64,000 bases of DNA from Paragordius varius (lineage: Eukaryota; Animalia; Nematomorpha). The notes below the pieces were generated by a model. That model was given only the letters and a program-made list of their open reading frames with translations. It made no database searches and had not been told where the DNA came from. Location of the stretch: NCBI GenBank assembly GCA_964247055.1, contig OZ176055.1:7688001-7752000 (forward strand), given 5' to 3'. The position numbers were made by a program, and so were the translations under genes. Shown here piece by piece: positions 13,979-25,300 of this stretch. Within the stretch, counting starts at the first letter, position 1; the number at the start of each line of letters is the position of its first letter.

Positions 13979-14870
13979 CTAAATATACCGATGACAAAGG
14001 CTAAAAATGTTTCCAAAAATTAAATGTTTTAAGCAGTTCAAAAACCATATAAAAACCGGTTTAGAATCACTAAATAAAGTAGTTATTTACGATTTTTCTG
14101 GTTGTCAAATTACCATTATAATATTATGATTTTATTATATATGTTTTCAATTACATTTTTTATGGTATTAACACTTCTCTACCTTTTTACTTTTCCTAGC
14201 TTGTTTTTTGGGCTATTTTATATGCCAGAGCTCAATTAAGTAAAAGCAAAGTTTTAGGAGTTATTTTAGTTATAATTTAATTGCCAAAAATTAATCGCAT
14301 TTATTAGTTAGCTTATATTTTTTACAGTTTTGTTTTCTGGAGTTTGTCAGCTCAAAAACATGATTGAACCGAACAACTGATATTAATATTAAAATATATC
14401 CAATTTTTGCTGGTATGTAGCTTGAAAACTTCTTAGTGTTAATTAAATTAATTTTCTAACCTTAATATACATTTATTTGCCTGTTTCATTAGCGATTTAA
14501 AAAAAATATAGAAAAAAATGACGGCAACAAAGTTTGAGATCAGAAGTTTACAATTTTCATTTTTTGAAAAAAATTTGTATAATGCGCCTAGAAGGCCAAA
14601 AAAAGCATATATATAAATTCGGCTTAATACCTTAAGTATTTTTTAAGATATTCAAATGTCAAATCGCTCTGCAATATAAAACAACCCCAAAAAGCAATGA
14701 AGTGTTAATGTGTCGTATTCTTGGTGTTAAAAATGACATACTATCGGTTATATTGAATTCAACCCGTCTCAAAAACATTCTTTTGTTTTATAAAAATAGG
14801 CATTTATAATGAAAAAAACAAATCTTGCAACATTGTAAAAATGTTTGATCTGCCAAAACAGCTTATAAAC

Positions 14871-15133
14871 CAGGGATGTCCAACACAGATGGCTTCGCGG
14901 GCCGAATTCGCAAAATATAGGGCCTTTAATAAATATTTTTTAGATTTTAAACATAATATTGTGAAAACTACCATTTATAACATTTTTATCTAACTCATTG
15001 ACAAAATTCGGAAAAACCTATTGAAAATAATTTTTTGATAAAATCAATTTTATTTAGATTTCAATTTTGTATTTGAAATAAATATCTCGCTGACTGCAGA
15101 AATATTTCGGAGGGCCATATGTAGGGCAACCTG
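14871..15133. mobile_element. hAT (Charlie-like) MITE, relative of 1628-1870
   Basis: cagggatgtccaacacaga..cgcgggccgaattcgcaaaatata at the left end; degenerate right end gtagggcaacctg; no TSD retained. Confidence 0.55.
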
Positions 15134-15879
15134 ATCCAAAAGATTATGTTTCTGAAAAGGCATTTAAATTTGAGTATAAATAAGTTTTATGGTCCATATG
15201 TTCAGAAAATGGATTTGATGTGCGTTAAAGATAAACCGAATGATGTAGAATTTGACATGGATTTTAATGCAAAAAAACCCAATTTATTCTAAAATCATAT
15301 GGCAAATAGATGGTTTATGTTGATTTACGGAAAGGCAAAAATTAAATAAAAATCTTTGTCAGTAATAAATTGGTTATTATTTGTATAATTGAATTAATTT
15401 AATCAATGTTATAATTTATAATATATTACGGAGCCTAAAAAAGCATTCCATTTAATATATATTAAGTCCTAAAACCACTGTATATCCATAAGCTTTGACC
15501 AGTAAAGAAATAATCCTTATATAAAAAATTGCATCAAATAAATCGATATTTAATTAACTATTAATGGGAGTAAATCTGAGATTAAATATATGGCTATAAA
15601 AAACTTTTTAAATAAAAATTGAAATAAAAATTGAATACTTTGGTGTAACCGAATTATCTTTATTCGAAAGGTTTGAATCGATGGCTGATAAAAATCTCTG
15701 TTTTTTATTCATTCAAAAATGATCACATAGTGATGCGATATTATGGTTTATTCATGTCTAAAAACATATGATAAATATTTAAATCTATATTTTCACATTT
15801 ACAATAATTAGTTATACCGTGTAAAAAGTAGGAACTTGACTTTGTGTAAATATTATTATCACATAATATAAAATAAGCA

Positions 15880-18600
15880 TTTTTTCAGAATGCCAATTCT
15901 ATAAACTAAAATTCCACAAAAAAATAACTTGTTAAAAATTACTAATGGGACAAAGTATCAGGATTATCATGGTGCTTTTAAATATGGTCCTTACGAGTGG
16001 TATTAAAATGCTATGCCTCATATCAGAAAATGGCAAAATTTGCTCATTTTAAGTTTTTGATGAGAGCTAAAAGCTATGTTCTAAAAAACATCACTAAAAA
16101 ATATCAGGAGATGGATATATAAACAAATCAATATTTTGGAGAAATTTTAATTTTTACATAAGGGTTCAGATGTTTCACCATTTTTCCTGTGCTTAAATGA
16201 CCAAGTCTTCTTAAAATAAATATAAAAATGCCGGAATCGCGCAAAATGTATCAGGATTATCATGGTGCTTTTGGTTTTTACCTTTACGAGCTATATAATA
16301 CGGTTTTATGGTTTTAGATAAAAGAAAATTTGCGCACATTTTATTTTAAAAGCTAAATGCTTCATTCCAATAATTATCACTAATATTTATCATAACCTAC
16401 CTATATATAGCAAAATAATATTTTTTAAAAAGATTAATTTGATAATGTGGAGCCCGAACGTCCTAATTTTTATGCTCTAGTAAAGTAGGCTAGTTTTTCA
16501 AAACTAAACACAACGCGGAGGTTGAGCAAAAAAAAATAAAATATATGCTATTTGGTATCAACTAAAAATATTTTTAAAATGCAAACTTTTTAAAATTTTG
16601 TTTTTAGCAAAGTTTTGGTGAACGTACATACTATTATGAGTCAGTATGAAAACCTTATAAAAACGCTTTTTCTATATAAATTATATGATGCTGAACATTT
16701 TTATTACTTATGAATTTTAATTTTGTGGTTGTATACTTTCAACTTTCGGTGATTAGACATAAATTTAAGGACGAACGAATTTTTTAATCGAAAAATCTGA
16801 GGTGATAGAAATGCAGCATCATCGAACTATATGAAAAAAGTGTTTTTATAAGTTTCCATCATGCCTGGAAATAGTATGAAGTACGTTTCAATAAAATTTT
16901 ACTAAAAATTAAATTTTTGTAAAAAATATGCATTTTTTCAAAAATAATTTGCAATTTTCTGATATGGAGCATCTAAATATATTAAGAGAAAATAACTTAT
17001 TTAAATTACGTGTGAAGGCTAAAAGAAAAGCACCATGATAATTCTGACAATATAATTTAAGGATGCCGAAACTTTTATTACCTGAGAATTTTAATGTTAG
17101 TTTGCTTAAAAAATTTTGGTGTTTTGTAAAAAAACACATTTAACATAAAATGAACCTTAAAATTGAAAGCTTATGTGATAGAAATGTTCAATATCACCAA
17201 TTGAATAGAAAAGGTGATTTTATTACGTCTTTATTTATTTTTCCATCACTAAAATAGTATAATGTACGACAAAATTTTTTAAAAGATTATTTTGAAAAAT
17301 ATATGTATTTTTTAAAAAATATTTTTAGATGATATTAAAATTTAATATCTATTTTAAATTTTTATTGCGCAATCCCGGAATTTTTGTGTTTATTTCAAGA
17401 GGACTAGCCGATTTTAGAAGAGCAAAAAAGTTAGCGATTCTTGGAGCCCAATCTAAAAATTATTTTTATAAAATAATATGTTGCATTTTATATGTATTTA
17501 GTGATATTTTTTGGAATGAAGCCTCTAACTTTTGCCAAAATTGAGAAATATGCGCAAGTTTTGTGATTTTCTGATATAGAGCACTTGCCACAAAAGTGTA
17601 AAACGCTTTCTTAAATCACTAAGGGCCAAAATCCAAAGAACCTAGTAATACTTATACTTTCCTATCAGAATATATATATTTCATTGGGTCATTATTTTGG
17701 CCACCCGATTTCGGGGGCAATGTAATAACAGCTCTTTAGGGTGATATATGGGCCATTGTTTTATAAACTATAATAATAATTAAATTTTGGGTAAATAAAG
17801 AATTTATGCACCCAGTGCTAATATAAGTATCCAGATGACATATATTGCTTCCAAAGGCCTTAAAAAATCTTTTATATATCTGGTAGGAAAATACATGAAT
17901 ATTATTTTTGGTTTTATCGCTTACGAGTATTCTTGAAAGTTATTTTTACTTTTATAATAGATCCACTGTATCAGACAAGCAAAATCGCACATTTTTCTAA
18001 ATTTTTTGGTAAAATATAATTGCATCATTCCAAATAATATCAGTAAAAGATATCAACCACATATAAAAAGTAAAGGAATATTTTTTAAGATTTTCTTAAT
18101 TGACTCCGATCTAAAAAAATTACTTTTCTAAAATGGCGTTCTCTTAAATAAACTCAAAAATCGCTGGACAGCGCGATAAAGAGTTTTTATGCTAAAAAAA
18201 TTGATATCAGCTAAAGGTTTTAAAAACAATGTATAACTTTTACAAAAATTTGATTGGCAAACTTTTGTTGAATGCACTTCAATTCTGAGGCATGATGGAA
18301 ACAGTTTAAAAACGCTTCAAGGTATTTAAACGCTTTTTCTTTGAATTGGGGATACTGAGGTATTTATCGTCGAATTCACATAAAAGGTTGTTTGCTCATA
18401 GATTTGGTAAACTTTTGTAAGTGGTTTTGCAATATGTTAAAGAGTTATAATACCGTATTTATCATGTCAAGTTGTTTCAACAAAATTTTAGAAGTAAATT
18501 TTTAAAATATAATTATTTCATATCAATATTAGCATATATTTAAACTCTTTACCCCACAATTTTGAAATTTTGGAATTTTTAAAAAACTAAGATTCGGGCC
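15880..18600. repeat. Degenerate array of ~300-bp units in direct and inverted orientation (probable old DNA-transposon remnant)
   Basis: tcaggattatcatggtgcttt at ~15958 and ~16250, its reverse complement aaagcaccatgataattctga at ~17027, and related units at ~17400-17600 (inverted) and ~17880-18100. Confidence 0.5.
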
Positions 18601-18664
18601 CACAAATATAAATTAAATTTTAATAAAATATTTATTTATTTATATGTAGTTTTAGTTTTATATT

Positions 18665-19380
18665 AATGCTTATCCCCTTATCTGTTCAATATGTGTACAG
18701 AAATGATAATGAGAAAATTGGATGTTAAAAATATAGGTGTAAGAATAGGAGGGAGAACAATCAATAATTTAAGGTTTGCAGAGGATTCCACTCTTATAGC
18801 TAAAAGTGTAAATGATTAAAAAGAATTGATTGAAGAGATTCGAAAGGAAAGTTGAGTTATGGTCTTATGCTTAATCCTAACAAAAACAAAATATTATGTA
18901 CTGGGGTAAAGCCTTCAATAATTATCGATGAGGTGCAAATAGAAGTAGTTAATCAGTTAACGTTTTTGGGTGCTATAATTTCCGAGGATGGCTCTTCAAC
19001 TCCTGACATCAGAAAGAGAATTGAATTGGGTAGAGAAGCGATGACCAAATTAAAAGAGATTTGTAAAAACAAAAGCGTTTTTAATTGAAACTAAAAAAAG
19101 ATTATTCTACTGTGTTGTACTCCCGGTCACGACGTATGGCTGTGAGAGCTGGACACTCAGAAAAAGAGACAAAGAAAGGCTCATGGCTTTGGAAAGGAGC
19201 TGCTGGCGTAAAATGCTAGGATATACCTGGACGGATAAAATTAAAAATGGAAGTCTAACTACATAAATATATCTTGAAACAAACATCCTGGAAATAATTC
19301 TAAAAAGAACGTTTTATTTTGGTCATAGAACGTTTTATTTTGGTCATGTAATGCGATCAAATTCTTTAGAGAAAGACACA
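18665..19380 (+). mobile_element. RTE-clade (BovB/RTE-1-like) LINE reverse-transcriptase fragment, 5'-truncated
   Basis: LSPYLFNMCTEMIMR..GVRIGGRTINNLRFAEDSTL, then TFLGAIISEDG...DIRKRIELGR and YGCESWTL..CWRKMLG; stops and frameshifts present. Confidence 0.9.
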
Positions 19381-20004
19381 TGCCCATGTGAAGGTTGAAA
19401 CAATGTTCATACATTCGTTCTTTTGGTGAAGATAAAAAGCTCATCCTACCTTCACTTGCGTGCTATAAAACGAGCATATAAAATTGAGGATCGTAGGATT
19501 TTAATACTTAGTAACTTTTGAACTATATGGAATTTTTGAATTCTGAAAAGTGTTCCAAATAAAGTAAACACTATATTATAAGATTTTAGCTGACAAAAGA
19601 TTATTTGTTGAAAGTATTATCAAAAATTTTAATTATATTAGAAGGCATTAAAACTAAATAAATACTTGGGTATTTTTTATTAATTAGCTCTAATTTTTAG
19701 TCCAGTATAATTTTCGTTGGCAATTAAAACTAAAAAATGCCATATAATTACTATCCATCAACATTCGACACTATAGTGGATAATCCTGGATATATATCAT
19801 ATTTTAATCGTCCAAGTAAGTTTCTTAAATCTTTTTTTATCTATTATTTATAGGCTTGATCCCATATCTCAGACATCATCCAGTCTTAATATGTGGCTTC
19901 ATCGGAAATCAACCTCAAAAAGTACACTCAACATTCACATAAAATAAACATATGATTTAAAACGAGCCCATTTCGGTGAAGGTAGAGACACCTTCACATG
20001 GGCT
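19381..20004. mobile_element. 624-bp non-autonomous TIR DNA transposon inserted into the RTE fragment
   Basis: 13-bp perfect TIR GCCCATGTGAAGG (19382-19394) / CCTTCACATGGGC (19991-20003); subterminal inverted motif CTACCTTCAC/GTGAAGGTAG; 3-bp direct repeat ACA at 19378-19380 and 20005-20007; removing it restores RTE coding EKDT|MFGK. Confidence 0.8.
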
Positions 20005-20140
20005 ACAATGTTTGGGAAGGAGAAGGACAAAGGAAACGATGCCCCACAGATGAGGTGGTTGGATATGATAAAAGAGGAGATTAAAATGACGTTGAACGAC
20101 AGTGTAACGATAAAAGATAGAAGGAAGGGGAAAGCAAAAG
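20005..20140 (+). mobile_element. 3' continuation of the RTE LINE
   Basis: MFGKEKDKG..QMRWLDMIKEEIKMTL..DRRK resembles the RTE C-terminus (MLGKIEG..RMRWLDGI..DREAW). Confidence 0.75.
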
Positions 20141-20534
20141 TAAATACTATATCCAAAAAGTCGTTTACGACTTAGGAATAACCAACCAACCAATAATTTT
20201 TTGGAATGAAGTATCCAGTTTTCTTCAAAAAAAATTATTAAAAAAATGTTCGCAATATTTGCTATATGACCCAAAAGGTGATTAGCTTCTTAAAAACTCG
20301 TAAAACCAAAAGCGCTCTCCTAATCCTCATTTTTGAATCTGAATATATCATACAGCCCAATTTTTTGCGTAGGGTTGTTATTCAGACAAGGTCACATCGA
20401 TGTGTTAAAAACTATAATTTTTGCTTTTTATTTTGACTAAATGTGTTATTTTTTAACATTCGCCATAAATATTCAAAGTATTTTCAATTTTTTATGAAAG
20501 ATGATATTTAGTCATTTTTAAGTACGGCTCTAAG

Positions 20535-21485
20535 ATGCAGATTACATCAGGTACTGGGCTGGTGAAAATAACTGCTGGAGTTGTTGGTGCATTATTTGTT
20601 GGATATTGTTTTTATTTTGATAAAAAGCGGCGCAGCCATCCGGATTTTAAACGAAAATTACGCGAAAGTTTTTTAAATTTTATTGTTTAGAAAGGGCTAA
20701 ACAACGACAGATATTAGAAAATGGTAATGGCCTTGATATACCAGATATTCACGATCATGAAGCTATGCAGAAATTCTTTTTGCAAGAGATAACCAAAGGA
20801 GAGGAACTTATGATGCTTGGTTTATATTTCTTATACTATTATTCTTTATTGATATGATCCATCATTTAAACAATATTTTGTACAGGTGATATTGATTCCG
20901 GAATCGAACATTTAAGTTATGCGGTGGCTATATGTTCACAGCGGGAACAATTGCTTGGCGTGTTGGAGAGAACACTTCCTCCACAAATTTTTATCATGTT
21001 AGTTCAAAAATTACCACAAGCTCAAAAAGTTAATATATAGTTTGTTTTCTTAACCAAAGATATCTAGTACCCGTTGTGTTAAACCTTTTTCACGGATTTT
21101 AATCTAATATATATGTTTATTTTATGTTATTATGCTATAAATTACTGTTGAATATAATTTATTTTATAGACTGGTTAAACTGTTATATGCTTATTTTAAA
21201 TTATTATAAAGCTTTTTTTAATACCGATATCTGAGTTAACAAATGTTTAATACTTGGGTAAAATGTTTTTTGTATTCAACACACTTTTTTGCAAGTGGGT
21301 GCAAATTTGAAATTAATTATTAGTTTACGATATTTTTTTACCTATAGAAAATATTTGGAAAACTTTCTCCCACTGGTAATGCAAATACTAGTCTCAATGC
21401 TAAATTTTCACCGTTGGACATTGAAGAAAAATTGATTATGGATTCTCCAACGATACCCATTATATCTGAGGAGGATGTAGATTAA
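20535..21485 (+). CDS. TOMM20: Mitochondrial import receptor subunit TOM20
   Basis: Exons 20535-20667, 20691-20819, 20886-21028, 21348-21485 (introns 23, 66, 319 nt). Product MQITSGTGLVKITAGVVGALFVGYCFYFDKKRRSHPDFKRKLREKRAKQRQ...EAMQKFFLQEITKGEELMMLGDIDSGIEHLSYAVAICSQREQLLGVLERTLPPQIF...ISEEDVD* has the GYCxYFDxKRRSxPxF, QKFFLxEI and TLPPxxF motifs and the acidic C-terminus. Confidence 0.97.
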
Positions 21486-21558
21486 ACAAATATGTTTTAT
21501 TACTGAATTGATTAATTAAAGTTAATATTATCTCAAATATGAATACATTCATTGTATA

Positions 21559-21564
21559 AATAAA
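21559..21564 (+). promoter_or_regulatory. Candidate polyadenylation signal of TOMM20
   Basis: AATAAA 74 nt after the stop, followed by T-rich sequence; AATAAA is frequent by chance in such AT-rich DNA. Confidence 0.4.
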
Positions 21565-22351
21565 TGTTTTTACTGTACTATACTTGAAATGAATGTATAA
21601 TCCTTTGTTTTACAGTTAATGATTTTTTGATTAAACATTTTATTTTCGTAAAACATATATTGATTTGTTAAAGCTTAACTTGGCAAAGTGTGTAAATTTA
21701 TGTCAAATTATTTTACAAATTTTGGTACCGATTACATTTTTACTTTTGATTGCAATTTCAAATTGCAAACTACTTTAGTAAAAAATTCTTTCTACTGTTT
21801 TAAACAAAATTATAAATTTTGGTTTTATTACTGCATAAAACCCAAGAAAACATATAAAGTTTTGTACGTCAAAGGAAAAAACTAAATTAACAGAATGGCT
21901 CAAATGAATATGGAATGAGATATCTTTAACTTTTGTCCCATGTAACAATGTTAAAAGTTCAATTCAAAGAAATATCTAAAAATTTATTTGGTAAATGCCA
22001 TAATAAGGGACGTTACAAGTATCAATAAAAATGAAAAATAAATTCAAATATTATATATATATATCTATAACATATGGTCCAAATAGGTATTTTTGACTAT
22101 TGCGCAACTTTTATAAAATAAATTGTTATTTAATTGTTTACAATAATTATTGGCTATCTTGTATATTATGTTGATTGTTTTAAATAATATTTATACCATG
22201 TTGCAACAAATTAATTATTTATATATATTTATATAAGGCCTAAAATTACATAATTGAATTGCATTAATACGGGTTTTGGGGGGAATGTTTAATACTGCGA
22301 TACTCTCTAATTAAGCCTTGACTTTTGAAAAATACTATTTAGACACAGACA

Positions 22352-25300
22352 CTAAACCGAGGTTGGTTGGCATTTAGATATCCGTTCCCAAAAATGTTTT
22401 ACATTTGTATCATTGATACTCTTATGATTGTCTTGAGTTTTGTGAATTGGTAAAGAAGTAGTTTCCTTTACGAGCTGGTGTTCAAAAATATTTTGAGTGG
22501 TGGTCGTAACACTACTTATGGTATGTGTTAATGTAGTTATCGCTTCACAAAATTCCTCATCATTTTCGGAATCTTCATCATCATCAAGCTTGGCTATGGG
22601 AGGATTTTTACCCACTTGATTTTGAAATTTGTTATGTCTTGGTGCTTTTGTCATTTCTTTGGCGAGCAAATTATTTGAGAGGCCATTTTTGTTGCTAACA
22701 TAGTTGTTTGATAACTGTTTTTGATAACCAATAACTTCTGGAGCATCTGAACTGGCTGATAGCAAACTGTTTGGACTATCTATCCCTGATGAGGTTGATG
22801 AATGAGTCGTAATGTTGGAAACTGTCATATTCGGTTTAGAGTTGTTATCCTTTTCAAAATCGCTTTTGGTATCGATCATCAATTTCTAATTATTAAGGTA
22901 CAGAGATATAGAATAATCTGTTAATTATATTTTATACTAATCTTCAATTTTAAATGAACTGATACTTAAGCTAATGCTATAGTTTATTCAAATCGCCCCA
23001 AAAATTTATTCATACAATTGAATGTGTCCAACATTGGTTGTAATACTAAACTTTTTTGTTAAATGTTTGTAAACGTTATATAAGCGAAATTAATGCAATC
23101 AAGCAACTGATTTTGGCGAAATCGGTTGTAATTCATGGAGTAAAATAATGGATCGAGAAAAGGGTAAAATTAATAAATTTAGTTTAAAAGATATAATTAA
23201 CCAAATTAATTGGAAATTTGGTATCTGGATGATTACGGGGTCGTGACTCCCGCAAAGCTACCAAAATTTATCAATAACAAAATCAGCCCTGAACCTAATG
23301 TTAAAGAATATCTTTAATACAATATTAACCGTGAAATTTTTGTAAAAAAAGCTCTATTTTTGACTGAAATTAAACAGAATGATATGTAAAATTCGTCATC
23401 CATGTTTTAACCAGATTATTATGTTTACTCATGGGTAGGACAATGGTCACTATCATAGTGAGCGAATTTAATTATTTAGAACATAAGCGCCTGATAGGAC
23501 GCGGCGCGTACCTTTAACATAAAACGAGTTCGGGACAGAAACGATGGCATTGCATCCAGAAAATGTTTGCAAAAAAATCTATTGGACAAAAGCCGTCTTG
23601 TTTATTGTAAAAAAAGCTTAGACATTTATTTATGGCCGACAGTAATTATAATGACAAATCATCGACCACTCACCTCAATGACATAATCCGCAGAAAGGTA
23701 AAAAATCTTGTAAACTAAACGATTTAATATAAAGGTCTGAAATTAGCAGATGCTCTTTTCGTAATTCACATCTGTAAATCAACCAGTGTGTGCTAATCCA
23801 ATGGTCACCCATAAAATAAAAAGTATTTTGTAAAATGTTTTTTGCGAAAATATATATAAAATATGACTAAGGAATTACCAAATTTTTGTGTATCATAGCC
23901 TCATCATCTATCAACTGTGGATCAAAACTTATATCATGATTCAAATGGGGATATGATGGATATTGATTGGCCGTAAAGTTACAGTAAGGATTATTTGTTA
24001 ATTTTGGCTGTAAAATGCGAGGCATGTTAATGCCCTTAATTTTACCACCCATGTTACTTGATTCAGTACGACAGTTTTTATCGTTTGTTGTCATCTTTTT
24101 AGGTGACATTATTTGCGATCTTGAAGTATTTAGATACGAATCGTCTCCCTTCGAGTGTGGACTAAAAAATGTTAGAAAATTTAATATATACGTTGAGAAA
24201 TTGAATTTATCATTTTATTTTTACATTCGACAATAATTACTTGTAGTAATCGAAAATTCATGTTTTAAATAAACTCAAACAATGCTGAATTTAAATGATT
24301 AATATCTCGTAGGATTTTATGTAAGTTAATCTTCAAAATTAATGTAAATCATCTAAATATTATTAGACATTATAATATGAAGCTGAGCTGTTTCACCATA
24401 AACATAAAAATAAGTACGTTAAATTATATTTGATTACTTGTAAACTCTGTACTTTTCATCATTTTTTGATTTTTTCTTATACGTGAAAGCTGAAAATTTG
24501 TTTCGTCCAAACCAAAATAATTTGCGATCTAATATAATAATTTCAACATTATTTATAGATATTTCTTTTAATTAATTAAACACCAATAATGATAACAAAA
24601 ATTCATACCTAAGAAACTGTTCATGAAAAGTTTTGAATCTGGTTTAGATTTGCCTTTTTTATATTTATCCGCTGTTTCTCCCAGGTGATCTAATTCGTCT
24701 TTAGATTGAAATTCAGAATTGGCGGCGAGAGGCGATGTAGCCCGACCAGGTTTTATAAACATGGTGTAAAAGATGAAAACCATAAGTGTCAAAATCAGAC
24801 AAAGTACACAGAAGGCTGACGTTAAGAGGATTTTTCTAGAGCTTTCATTATTCCATACTAAAAAATATGTGTTTAAAAAATATTATTAATATAATTGATC
24901 ATTTATTTAACGCATTTTTGTTGTGTTTATCTTCAAGTTTTCGCAAACTTTCAATAAAAATACTAAGATTGGATAACAAAAAGGAATTTTTAACAAATAA
25001 AAAGTTATATAACATTAAATGTTCAAAATTTTAGAATGGCAACCTCTAGCGAACGTTCCTTGCGGTTCCACCACAATTATATCCACTAGGCTAGATCGGA
25101 TCATGCCAAACTCATTGTAAGCTTCACACATAATTTTTGGTATAAAATGTTTATTATTATTATTATGATGGGCCTTTTCAGAGTCCGACATCATGTTTTG
25201 GGGTAAAATCTCATTTCCAGTTATCTCGTGGTTATTTTGTATGTGACCCCTGTCCTGGTAGTAATATGAGGTGTATGGAGAAAATAATTCACTAACATTC

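Noticed and set aside
13979-13988. GTATATTTAG, a 10-nt GT-AG stretch at the phase-2 Arg codon where PACS intron 1 is expected; removing it would join DSKPVFIWFLN...SLCHR to ICTV
   Set aside because: Shorter than any spliceosomal intron I know of (~15 nt), the upstream peptide lacks the PVPMNLFATWEV motif and has no ATG; more likely the AG is the acceptor of a longer intron with an unlocated first exon. Cheap to check in RNA-seq.
15120-15292. Protein-like plus-strand reads VGQPDPKDYVSEKAFKFE and YGPYVQKMDLMCVKDKPND...
   Set aside because: Begins in the end of a MITE, the frames are separated by stops with no usable splice pair, and no family is recognised.
13978-20535. Head-to-head PACS and TOMM20 as a functional ER-mitochondria gene pair
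   Set aside because: At least several kb of repeats separate them and the PACS start is unknown; adjacency alone is no evidence of co-regulation.
23080-23800. Relatively GC-rich intronic block with a YLDD string (~23222) and weak piggyBac-like phrases (NSW, VGQW)
   Set aside because: Motifs are too short and not in a convincing order; probably a transposon relic but not classifiable.
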